DNA of 63,623 nucleotides, counting the filler, from Stramenopiles sp. TOSAG23-6 (taxonomy: Eukaryota), in the NCBI GenBank assembly GCA_900128565.1. It is 9 parts of 9 records of this genome, joined end to end, with 100 filler letters (N's around TTAATTAATTAA, not from the genome) between each part and the next. Parts side by side here need not be neighbours in the genome. Positions count along the whole stretch, not along the records: positions 39,595 to 49,357 come from LT636353.1; positions 49,458 to 59,218 come from LT636354.1; 7 more parts are not named here. One strand, written 5' to 3'. Positions 48,324 to 59,318 of the stretch are shown here, in pieces. A program made the position numbers and the translations under genes. The notes under the pieces are model-generated. The model worked only from the letters and a program-made list of their open reading frames with translations, searched no databases and had not been told where the DNA came from. Position 1 is the stretch's first letter. Every line of letters begins with the position of its first letter.

Positions 48324-49299
48324 CTATCTAACTGACCGATACGACAATGATACCTCTCGCAATTGATTCAGTTTTCGTTCTACTTCTGCGTTGAGTGCCT
48401 CCAATTCATCCCGAATATCAGCGTCATCTTCAAGCTCTTTCGGGATTCCAAGACTTGGTTGTGGAATACTTAAACATGGTATTTCATTTATATCATTATT
48501 CATTACATGTTTGTCTTGATAATCCCGTGCTTCAATCTTAGGTGAAGATAAAACTTGATTTGTTGCATCATATTTCTTGGGGTATATTTTTTCTACAACA
48601 TCATTTTCTATCTTTGATATCTGTAGTATACAGAATATGTCGAAGTTCGAAAATCGTTAGTTATTTGTAACGAAAATGCGTTTGATAAAAAAAAATGAAA
48701 TAAATAATAAAAATGTATGTAAAAATTAGGGTTAGGGTTATGAAGACATACATATAAAGAGTCAATAGGAAATTCATGATGCTCTTTTGAAAAGTTTTTT
48801 GGTGAAATTTCAGTATTATTGAGTTGCATTTTTGAAGGACTCTCATTGTCGTCATTACAAAAACTTGAAATTGGGCCGATATTTTCATCAGATGGTCCTG
48901 GAGAAAATTCTTGTTTTTCGTGTTTTTTATCAGAAATGGTCCATGACATTCCACCGGAATTATATCCAATTTGTTGCGATTCAAAACTTTGATGTCTTCT
49001 ATTTGATAAAGTATCGAGTTTATTCACTGATTTTCTTACAGATTTCAATGTATTGTGAAAAAATATATATATATATGTATTTTGTACAGAAAATTCGTTA
49101 GATATGGCTTTTTTTTTTCTTTTTTTTTTTTTGAAAAATTAAATTTAAAAATTAAATTTAAAAATTTAAAAATTCTTACAACTCATGATGAGAAAACGTA
49201 CATAAATCTCTACTTTTACTTTTCGTATTTTTCTCATACTCCAAATTGGTATTCAACATTGGAGCGTCTCCTCGTACTAATTTTTCTACTTTACGGACA
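48324..49299 (-). CDS. Hypothetical protein, 3' part; exons 49299-49202, 49047-48752, 48620-48324
   Basis: Continuous frame after removing introns 49048-49201 (GT-AT) and 48621-48751 (GT-AG). Confidence 0.6.
49048..49201 (-). mobile_element. Introner-like intron, GT-AT, 154 nt
   Basis: AT|GTACGT...ATCTAAC...CAATACAT|TG; in frame. Confidence 0.65.
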
Positions 49300-49457
49300 A
49301 TATATTGTGAAAAAATATTTTTTTTTTGTTTTTTTTTTTCGGTAAAAAAAAAATTGTNNNNNNNNNNNNNNNNNNNNNNNNNNNNNNNNNNNNNNNNNNN
49401 NTTAATTAATTAANNNNNNNNNNNNNNNNNNNNNNNNNNNNNNNNNNNNNNNNNNNN

Positions 49458-50775
49458 CTCTTGTGTGGAATCACCGCTCGGTAAATCCATATTTCTGTCT
49501 AGAATAAATGATGGAATTTGTGACTGCTGTGATGGAAGTGATGAAAAATCTACCATTGGGTGCATAAATGTGTGTAGTATCGAGCAATCTGAGTTGAATG
49601 CGAAGTATTCGGGACGTCTTTCTGGATGTCAAGCAAAGCTCAAACTATTAGAATTAACTCACTCCAAGCAAGTTTTCTATGAAAAGACACAGAGAGAGAC
49701 AATAGAAAAGCAATCGGAATTCAATAAACAGCTGAAATTGTTAAATTTGGAATTAAATAATCATAGAGCAATGCTGCAAGAGAGGAAACAACTACATGAA
49801 GAATTTCAGCTTAAAGGATCAGCTTATTTAGGTTTAGTACGTTGCTTGAAAAATAGTTCTCCAGATGAAACTTCCCACTGTTCTTTTTCTAATATAGAAA
49901 TATTGAATGTTATTAATCATATGGTTGACACAAATCCGACTGAAGTCAAACGTGTATCCGAAACTTTACTAAACTCGAATTCGATGAGGAGAATTTCAAC
50001 TGATAATAAAAATAAAGAAGATTGCTCTTGTAGTAGTATTGATTATGACACCTCATTTAATCTACAATTAATTTGGAGACAATTGTCCCAAAAACAAGAA
50101 ATTCCGTCAATTGAATACATAGAAAATCAAAAAAGAGAAATTGAGGATTCAAAAAATAAATTACAACGGATTCAACGGATGTCAGAGAAAGAGTATCTTT
50201 TAGATTTTGGTCCTGATCGTATTTGGTGGCCGTTACTCGGTAAATGCGTTGAAAAAAAAGAATATAGCGTATGTTTGATGAAATACGCAAAACAAGGTAA
50301 TGAAAGTTTAGGTAGATTTTCTGGCTGGGTCGATCCAACTGAGTCAATACCCAATGTTTGTTTTATTTTTTTTCAATTTAGAATTTATTTTTCGTACGAA
50401 AATTTGTACCTAACGATTTTTTTTTGAAATATTTTTCCGAAATACATGTAAGACAGGGATTTGCAAATACTTCTGTGACCAAGGATAGTCTCATTTATCA
50501 TCGCGGTCAGTTTTGGCGAAATAAAGGAGAAATTGTAGAACGTGTGTAAGTTTTATTTTTTTTCAAATTCGAGTTTTTTTTTTCGTACGAAATTTTGTAC
50601 CTAACGATTTGTTTTTTGAAATATTTTTCCAAAATACATGTACACACCAAATTTTCCATCAACAATGGTCATTGATGATATTCATCAAAATACATGCACA
50701 CGTTGCCGGAATCCAAAAGTAAGTGAAATAGTTATAAATGCGATAAGAGAACACGAAGAAAACCTTAAAAGATAA
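49458..50775 (+). CDS. Glucosidase II beta subunit (PRKCSH)-like protein, 5' truncated; exons up to 50355, 50448-50545, 50640-50775
   Basis: SRINDGICDCCDGSDE; DFGPD..W.PL.GKC...EYSVC....KQ....LGRF.GW. Confidence 0.75.
50356..50447 (+). mobile_element. Introner-like intron, GT-AT, 92 nt
   Basis: AT|GTTTGT...CGTACGAAAATTTGTACCTAAC...AATACAT|GTA. Confidence 0.78.
50546..50639 (+). mobile_element. Introner-like intron, GT-AT, 94 nt
   Basis: GT|GTAAGT...CGTACGAAATTTTGTACCTAAC...AATACAT|G. Confidence 0.75.
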
Positions 50776-50984
50776 AGAAAATAAACAAGTATAATTATTA
50801 AAACTTCCCGCATCATAATTTTAAGATATTTTTTGTTTATTTTGTTTTTTGTTAAATAAATCGTACTTGTTGTTTGTTTTCCTGTAATTTATCTGCAATG
50901 AGTTGTCCATGATGAAAATGAAGAAGTCATTCGAAGTTTGTTTGAGGCACTCTTTTTCTCTTGCAAATTGAAGAAAAAATCTCA

Positions 50985-51036
50985 CTTAGGTACGGAATTT
51001 GGTACAAAAAAAAAGAAAGAACATTCCGTACCTAAG
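50985..51036. repeat. Intergenic 14-bp inverted repeat built from the intron core motif
   Basis: CTTAGGTACGGAAT (50985-50998) / ATTCCGTACCTAAG (51023-51036). Confidence 0.75.
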
Positions 51037-51565
51037 CCGCAGAGTATAAAATTATTGAGCAAAATCACGCAAAATCGATGTGGGTCTTTAGACCGACAGT
51101 TTTGTGGGTGCTTGGATGGTACGTACGGAGATACAAACTATGCCTTGAAGACAATTTCATACAAAAATCCGTACTTAACAAATTTTAAAACACAACTTTA
51201 AAATAGGTAAATTTATAATAACTGAAACGTAACTTCCATACATAGACATTAAAACGTGAAACCCGGTAATAACTCATTGGCCCCAGGCCTTAAGGCTATG
51301 CGGGAAGAATAAATTTCAAATTGTTGTTACCCTTTTATAAATATGTTTTAAATAATACAAAAACAAATGGTAGAAGGAACATTTGTATACTTTTCAAATG
51401 AGTATACACGAAATATTAACAAAAATATCGATCGAATTTTCAAATGACTTTTCGTTTTCGAAACGCTGATTTTAGAATATTTTGAAAGTATATCAAGCAC
51501 AAGGAGATCCCGATATTTCTCACAGGAACGCCTCATTCGTAGGTGTATTATTAATATATCAGAGA

Positions 51566-54500
51566 ATGAATGATGTCGCTGTTTCGATGTGGCGTCTCTT
51601 CGATGAATGCCAAAAATCTTTTATACCACACTCAAAAGCACGCCACGTAATGCACAAGCTACTTTCTCGTCATCCTGTTGTTTTCACCAAAACGTTTCTC
51701 GTATTTGTAGATAAACTTTTGACTTGCTGGAAACGTGAGCCTGCTGTTGAAAGATTAGTATCATTCACAGTTGGATTTTTTAAAGGTCAAACACTTGTAC
51801 AAGATGATAAGTGTCAAGTAGAAAGCAAAGAAGGTGCAGAGGAAGCCTCTGCTGCCAAAGGTGAAACGACAACATTTACCAAAGCTGAGCAGGACTTTGC
51901 GGATAACTTACTTAAACATTTATTATTACGCGGTGATGCGTCAGGAAAAGCTCCACGTTTCCGCTCATGTATGATTATTGCTGGTTTGATGGAAAATTTC
52001 CCAGAAGAGTATGATATTGACGAAGAACTTTGGGACTCGCTGCAATCCGGAATGACCTCTCGCACAATGGACAAGATCACAGCTGTTCGAGTACATGCTG
52101 TCCACGCCCTAAAACGTCTTGCTGACCCTGAAGATCCAGAATGTCCAACTACGACTGTGTTTATTGATCTCTTAAGTCATGATAGCAGCAGTGCCGTACG
52201 TAAGGCAGTGCTGGCAGACATTGGAATTAGTCGAATAACACTGCCTCACATTTTAGCGCGAACACGCGACGTTAAATTTGATGTCCGAGCTCAAGCAATA
52301 CATATGATAGCGTCTAAAATATCTGTTGCTCTTCTTTCTATTGATCAGCGATTAAATTTGCTATATCAAGGACTTTATGATGCATCAGCTACTGTAAAGT
52401 CTGAAACCCTAGAGCTTTTATCTGGTGCTTGGCTGGATCAAGCTGGAGGAAGTATTATAAAATTACTAGAATTACTCGATATTGAAGAGTGTGAACAAAT
52501 GGCAGAACTAATTCTGTATCGCATATTTGTACAAGCTAGTGCAGCTGCTCCATCTCTAACTAACACGTCCAGCCAAAAAAATGAAAAAGCAAAAAAGACA
52601 ATCGCAATGCAAACAAAACTTCGAAAAGCTATAGCTTCTGTTCCAACTTTACAATATCAAAGTGATTTAATAGCTAGAGCCAAAGCGCGTGCATTGCGCC
52701 GCAAGAATCGAGTTCGTCTTCGTGCATTACAGATGAAAACGTCTGCTAATCTGGATAGTTATGCAATGTACGTTTTTAAAATTGAATGTAAAATATTTTT
52801 TTATACGAAAATTTGTACCTAACAAAAAAAATCAAAAAATATATATATATTTTCACAATACATGAGTGATACTGAAGAAAACGAATCTGATTCTGAAGAA
52901 GAAGAGGAAGAAGAATCTCTTGGAACTCATAGAATAAGTGAAGAAAGTTCTTTTTTCTGGCGTGTTCGATTTCAGTTTCTGTGGGCTCGAGGGGCAACTG
53001 GTCGCGAATCTGTCGATACGTCTCTTCCTGGAGGTGTCGAATTTTGTGGTCTTGTAAAACTTGAGCACCATCAGCATCCAGATGAACGATCCAATTTTGC
53101 ACTCAAACAACTCGCACGTATTGCTCGATATCTCGATTTAAAAGATGAAATTGGTCGACGTCACATTGTTGAACTTTTGCGTGGCTCGGCTGGTTTGTTG
53201 AGAGATTTGACAACTCAAGACGATATTGTTCCATTGCTACTTGATGCTGTTGTACCAGCGTATGAGACTGAGGCAGATTATGTGCGTTTTTTTTGTGAAA
53301 TAATATCTGATATTCTCGATCCCTTGACTGAAGAAGGTAAAGGTTTAAAATGTGATTTGTCAGAGCAAATTTCTGGACTTGAAGCTCAACTTTCAGGTTT
53401 GGCTTTGAGAGATGAAAATAAAGGTCGTTTATCTGCTGCTACTGAAGAAGAAGAAAAAGGTATTCGAGCAGCTGTTGATCGTCTACAAGCTCAACTAACT
53501 TCACTTAACCTTGCAGAAAATAAAGTAGAAAACGAGGATGACAATCAAATAGACGAAGAAAACATTGACGAATTTGATCCAGTTGAACGTAGATGGATCC
53601 GTTGTCTAGAAATTGCATCATACCTTCTCTCTAATACTAAACGAGGATTAAGTACTCCGGAACTTCGAGCGATGGATGAGACTTTGTTGATGCCTGCAGC
53701 TCTTAATCCAAACCCAATGGTGCGAGAAGCTGCTGCAAAAACAATTGGATTATTTTGTGCTCTTGATAAAGAAGTCGCCCGTCGTCATGCAATGCTTTTA
53801 TTCAAATTTGTTTCTTTAGATTATGGTCTTGTTCGAGTGGCAGCAACAAAGGCATTCTTCGACTTATTCATGATACATTCCGATTTTCTGTCAAATAATG
53901 ATGATAACAGTGATCATCATGATGAAAATGTAGAAGCTAACCCACCTACCGCAAAAGAAGTTTGTATTTTATTATTGAAATTTTTAACAAATCCTAGTGT
54001 CTCTGATGATGAAGAATTCGTAGCGACCTCGGAGTTAATGAGTGTTTGTGGTGAAGGTTTTTCTAAATTAATCTTAATGGGAAAACTGCCGATGTTTTGT
54101 GCCGATAGACCAATGGATAATGAAGTGACTGTGATTGCAGAACTGATTAAAGTTTGCTTCACTCAAAAATGTATCAATGATGATGACAACGATGTTCATG
54201 ATGAAGATGAACGAGTTATTCACAGAAAACGATTACTGCAATGCCTTGCTGTTTTTTTTCCTACTTTAGCTACATCATCAGAAACAGGTGCTCTGGCAAT
54301 TCGCCAAGCTATTTCGCCAAGTTTGTTTGCTATTGCATATATGTCTAATCTACCGGCGAAGACATCAACTGGAATTGTAACGGCAAGTGCCCAATACTTT
54401 GTACATTTACTTGATATGGTTGAAACTAATCGAAATTTCGCTGGAGCTATTTTAGTTGCAGAAGAACTCGCAATACATATTCTCTCAGTTCCACGTGAAT

Positions 54501-55270
54501 CATCCGGTGTCAAATATGCTAAACAATTTGCAAAAGCCATGTGTACTTTGTCCACGGGAATAGTTGCAGCTGTAAACTCTTTTGAAGAATCCAAATCTAA
54601 ATGTATGCGATCTCTTCTTGCTTCAGTTATTGATGAATGTACTACAGGTGGAAATACATCTCGAGAAGCTGGTATTCTCGGAAAAGTTGATAGTCGTGGT
54701 TTGATTAAACTTTCTGAAAAACTTGGTATTGTTTTGAATGACCAAATCGAAAGTGGTATAGAGGCTCAGGTGGATAACCAAGATAATTTAACTATGAACA
54801 CAAATATCGTACGTCGAAGAAAACATGTAGAAGCCTTAGTTGTTGCTTCAATGCGTCGTCATAGAGCTGCTACGTCTCAGTCAGGAAGTAATTCTGATGC
54901 TTCTATTACAAAAAAGCGTATCGTAAAAAGTGCACACAAAAAACAAAATACTGTATATGACAGTACTAGTGAGGAGGAGGAGGAGGATGACCAGAACATT
55001 TGTGTAAATGGAAATGGAGAAGATTCTGAGTATATTGATACTTCAAGAAAAGAAAATCAAAATGATCTTCCAAAACCCGAACAAAAACGCCGATTATCAT
55101 TACGAACTAGTAGCAAATCTGCAGCTGCCCGATTAGCTGCGACTGTAGACGCATTTGCAGAGCTTGATGCATTACTTGAGAGTAGTGATGATGATGATGA
55201 TGAAGCTTTTATCAGTGCGAATGAAGAAGAAAATGAAATTCTCGCAGAAGTAAGCAACAAAATTGCATGA
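51566..55270 (+). CDS. NCAPG: Condensin I HEAT subunit CAP-G (Ycg1/Cnd3); exons 51566-52767 and 52864-55270
   Basis: KREPAVERL, K..RFRSC, DK..AVRV.AV.AL.RL, DSSSAVRKAVL, RTRDV..VR, LDLKDEIGRR, EGFSKL, LLQCLAVFFP. Confidence 0.9.
52768..52863 (+). mobile_element. Introner-like intron, GT-AT, 96 nt
   Basis: AT|GTACGT...TGTACCTAAC...AATACAT|G; contains an in-frame stop. Confidence 0.82.
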
Positions 55271-55407
55271 TCATTGTATTCAAATTTATTATAATTATAC
55301 ATATATAAGGTGGAACGTATCAAATACATTCATAACATCGACAAGTCACTAACAATAAATGTTTTTACAACTATTTTTTTTTGTGACCTTGTCAAAATCT
55401 TTTCGCC

Positions 55408-57543
55408 CTAAATTTCCTCTCCTGTTTGGAACCTCACCGCTGCATCTATCTGCTGCAGTGCTGTCGCCTCTGAACGACCCGTCTTCCCTCGAAATAATGC
55501 CTGCAACTGTATGATGGCATACTCCTGCTGCTTTTGCAGAGCTTTTGACCTCGTCATATTTTCTTGTTTCGCTTCGATACCTGATACAAAATTTAGAAAA
55601 GAAACAAATTTATGCATTGTTTCTCTACTTTCCTTTTTGTTAACCACATTTTCCTTTAAATGATTCCACAATTTTGATCTTGCTTTAGTTTGAAGTGTTT
55701 CGTGTATTTCTAATTGTCTTCCAGGTTTGATATTCAAATACTTATCCAAGAGTTCATCAGCAATAGGAAATCGGCCTCTTGATGGAATGAATTTTTTGTG
55801 TTCATATGATTTTGCAATGATCAATGCAAGAACACCAAGTGAAAAAACATCATCTTTTACATCAAGCGTATTATCGCCGTTTTCTCTTGGGGCAAATGTG
55901 AACTTGGTCATACATATTGGAGACATTTTTTCTCTATTAGTACATCCAAAATCAGCTATTTTTATGATTTGTTTTTCCCCATCCATTCGGTATAATATAT
56001 TGTCACGTTTCAGATCAGAGTGTACTAACGCGTTTGCATTGATACTCAGAAGTCCATTCGCTACTGGTGTCAATACGTCAATTACCTGTGACTCACTTGG
56101 AGCTGTTTCGAATAATGATTTTAGTGTTCCGTCCATTTTTTCCATAATGATGAACAAATTCATTATACCATTGATCATCAATTCAACAACATCAAATATT
56201 TTCACGACAAAATCTGTATCAACTTTTCCTTCATTCATTAATCGAAACATTGTTTTGTAAATATATTTTTCATAAAAGTATTGTGATGTGTTTTCAGGGA
56301 CTTTCATGAACATCTTGTAAGTCTGTATAGCTCTCTTATAGTTCCTTCGAATACTTTCTCCACGCACACGCCTCAGTTCTTTTCGTTTCTGTTGAATAAC
56401 TCCTTGGTGCCCTAAATGTGAATAGTAATTCTTAACGTGTCGTATCGCATATGTCGTACCCTCTTCGCCATCCTTTGAATATTCATGGACTTCTGCAAAG
56501 CCACCAACACCAAGTTGAGAGATTTTTCGGTATACTGAGCCATTCAGTGTAATGACATTCTCTAGTTTTTCTAGATTTTGTATTTCAGAACTGACTAGTG
56601 AGCATGTTTTTGCAATATCCGATGATATTTCATCGTCTATTTGACCAAGAGATTTCATTTTCTCTATTGAAAAATTCATATCGAGATTGTATTTTATGAC
56701 TTGGAAACTTGTTTCATTATCTTCCAAATTGGAGCTTACATCATTTCCAGAGGCACTTACAACTACTGGTGTGACATATTCTTTCCAACGCTTCGTTATT
56801 TCTGCAGATTTTGCTTTGTACTTTTCTTTGACAAGTTTCGTGTTCTCTTCATTACATTTTTGGATAAACAATAAATAAACTTCATCTTGTACTCGCACAT
56901 CGACAACAATATCTGGATTCTCGGCTTTCTCCAAAAAGTATCTCAACTTTCCTTTAGAATTGTTTGTCATTTTTAAACTCCGGATTAAAAACATATCGCC
57001 ATCAAGATTATACAATTTGAAACCATTTTCACCTTCACTCATTAGATCTTGATACATATATCGATGCTCATTTTCACCATTTGTATCGATTAGAATAAAG
57101 TCAAAAATTCTTAGATTATCCATTGAGTTGCTTTTCTTGATAATATGTGTCATTACACGGTCACCCTTGTCAACTCTAGTGGCAAGACTATCAATAAAAC
57201 CTCCAGAAGATATTAAAGTAGATAATTTAGCCTGATCCGAATCCTTTTGTAATATAGTGACTAAGCTTTTTAAATCTCTGTTGTACTTTTGTATAAGTCC
57301 AGCATGAATGTTCTCGTAATATTCTTTGTATCTTTCACGTAATACTTTCTCCTCGTCATACTCGTCGCTCACTTTTTTTTCCTCGACCAACACGATAGAT
57401 TTTTGCTCCGCTTGAGGCAGGCGTTGCCGGCGTAGGTGGCTAATGTCTACTGGGCGCAGAGTCCCTCTAAGTGGTATACCACCGGCTGAAAAGCAAATAG
57501 CAAACAGTTGAAACAGAATGAGCAAATTTAATTGAGTTTTCAT
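55408..57543 (-). CDS. Protein kinase with an N-terminal signal peptide and a C-terminal IQ-like motif
   Basis: MKTQLNLLILFQLFAICFS; LGVGGFAEV; HSDLKRDNIL; IADFG; DVFSLG; IIQLQALFRG. Confidence 0.85.
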   Translation of the reverse strand: MKTQLNLLILFQLFAICFSAGGIPLRGTLRPVDISHLRRQRLPQAEQKSIVLVEEKKVSDEYDEEKVLRERYKEYYENIHAGLIQKYNRDLKSLVTILQKDSDQAKLSTLISSGGFIDSLATRVDKGDRVMTHIIKKSNSMDNLRIFDFILIDTNGENEHRYMYQDLMSEGENGFKLYNLDGDMFLIRSLKMTNNSKGKLRYFLEKAENPDIVVDVRVQDEVYLLFIQKCNEENTKLVKEKYKAKSAEITKRWKEYVTPVVVSASGNDVSSNLEDNETSFQVIKYNLDMNFSIEKMKSLGQIDDEISSDIAKTCSLVSSEIQNLEKLENVITLNGSVYRKISQLGVGGFAEVHEYSKDGEEGTTYAIRHVKNYYSHLGHQGVIQQKRKELRRVRGESIRRNYKRAIQTYKMFMKVPENTSQYFYEKYIYKTMFRLMNEGKVDTDFVVKIFDVVELMINGIMNLFIIMEKMDGTLKSLFETAPSESQVIDVLTPVANGLLSINANALVHSDLKRDNILYRMDGEKQIIKIADFGCTNREKMSPICMTKFTFAPRENGDNTLDVKDDVFSLGVLALIIAKSYEHKKFIPSRGRFPIADELLDKYLNIKPGRQLEIHETLQTKARSKLWNHLKENVVNKKESRETMHKFVSFLNFVSGIEAKQENMTRSKALQKQQEYAIIQLQALFRGKTGRSEATALQQIDAAVRFQTGEEI

Positions 57544-57988
57544 ACTTTTTTCAATTTTTCAACAGTTTTCTCTATAATGAGTCGAAAGTACTCGTATATC
57601 TACTGGTTGTGTCAAGATGCCGTAGTTGCAACGAGATGAGGTACTATTAATTAGAAGCAATGGCTGTACAACCGAAGAAGTAAAACTTTATTGCTTGACA
57701 AATTGTTGAAAAGTGAACAATTGTGAATAATGAATGAGTTACTGAATAAGAAAACTCTTGGAAGCTACTTAGATCACCTGATAGGTAGCATTTTTGATGT
57801 TTTTCTCGTTTTTTCGTGTATTAATCTACGTAACGTAACATCGGTTTGTCGGAAAACCACCGAAAACCACCGAACAATGCAAAAAATGGTGTGCCTTGCT
57901 GGCCATTAAATTTTGCCATCATTCGCATTCCCATTTGACTAAGTTGACTAGTCAAGTTCACATACACAGCGTCTTTCTCTTTTACAAA

Positions 57989-59218
57989 ATGAACGCACGG
58001 AACGCTTACAAACGAACTAAACATGAAGAAGAGGTCATGCAAAAAGTGCTTAGCGGGTTAGGTCCGGCGATTGAGATCACAAGCTATCTTTGCTTGAAAG
58101 ATCGACTCTCAGGGAGAGCTGTGTCAAATGATAAGCACAGACCTTGGATGGTTGGTGTTGATTGGGGTAATGCGACTTGTACTGAAACGGTGAAGCACAA
58201 TGGCTTTGAATTTTTACGGTGGTTAAGAAGTCAAAAACCACCTTGTCCGTGGGATGAAGAAACGTGTCGGTTTGCAGCTCAATGTGGTAACTTGGAAGTA
58301 TTGAAATGGGTGAGAAGTCAAAAACCACCTTGTCCGTGGGATGTAGATACGTGTCGGTTTGCAGCTTTAAGTGGTCACTTGGAAGTATTGAAATGGGTGA
58401 GAAGTCAAAATCCACCTTGTCCTTGGGATAAAGAAACGTGTCGGTTTGCAGCTCAATGTGGTCACATGGAAGTATTGAAATGGTTAAGAAGTCAGAATCC
58501 ACCTTGTCCGTGGGATGTAGATACGTGTCATTGGGCAGCTTTAGCTGGTCAGTTGGAAGTATTGAAATGGGTAAGAAGTCAAAATCCACCTTGTCCTTGG
58601 GATGAAGTTACGTGTTGGAGAGCAGCTGAAAAGGGTCACTATGAAGTATTGAAATGGGTAAGAAGTCAAAGACCACCTTGTCCATGGTGTGCAACTACGT
58701 GTTCGTCTGCAGCTTACAATGGTCACTTGGAAGTATTGAAATGGTTAAGAATTCAAAATCCACCTTGTCCTTGGGATGAAATTACATGTTCTTTCGCAGC
58801 TTACCATGGTCACTTGGAAGTATTGAAGTGGGTAAGAAGTCAAAATCCACCTTGTCCATGGAATGAAAGAACGTGTTATGATGCAGCTGGAAAAGGTCAC
58901 TTAAAAATATTGAAATGGTTAAGAAGTCAAAATCCACCTTGTCCTTGGGATGAACATACGTGTCGTTTAGCAGCTAAATATGGTCACTTAAAAGTATTGA
59001 AATGGGTAAGAAGTCAAAATCCACCTTGTCCATGGGATTGCAATTCATCCAATTTATGTGATGCGGCAGCTCGAAACAATCACTTAGAAGTATTGAAATG
59101 GATAAGAAGTCAAAATCCACCTTGTCATTGGAATGAAGATACATGTCGGGAAGCAGCTGAAAGTGGTCACTTAGAAGTATTGAAATGGTTAAGAAGTCAA
59201 AATCCACCTTGTCCTTGG
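57989..59218 (+). CDS. CPW-type ankyrin-like repeat protein, 3' truncated
   Basis: About 12 repeats of AA..GHLEVLKW.RSQNPPCPWD..TC. Confidence 0.88.
58200..59218 (+). repeat. 87-bp tandem repeat array (29-aa unit)
   Basis: GAAGTATTGAAATGG..AAGAAGTCAAAATCCACCTTGTCC recurs every 87 bp. Confidence 0.9.
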
Positions 59219-59318
59219 NNNNNNNNNNNNNNNNNNNNNNNNNNNNNNNNNNNNNNNNNNNNTTAATTAATTAANNNNNNNNNNNNNNNNNNNNNNNNNN
59301 NNNNNNNNNNNNNNNNNN

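Noticed and set aside
57400-57480. RxLR effector motif in the signal-peptide kinase
   Set aside because: Only loose matches (RGTLR, HLRR); there is no true RxLR-dEER.
58200-59218. CRISPR-like repeat-spacer array
   Set aside because: The 87-bp units are an in-frame protein-coding repeat in a eukaryotic gene.
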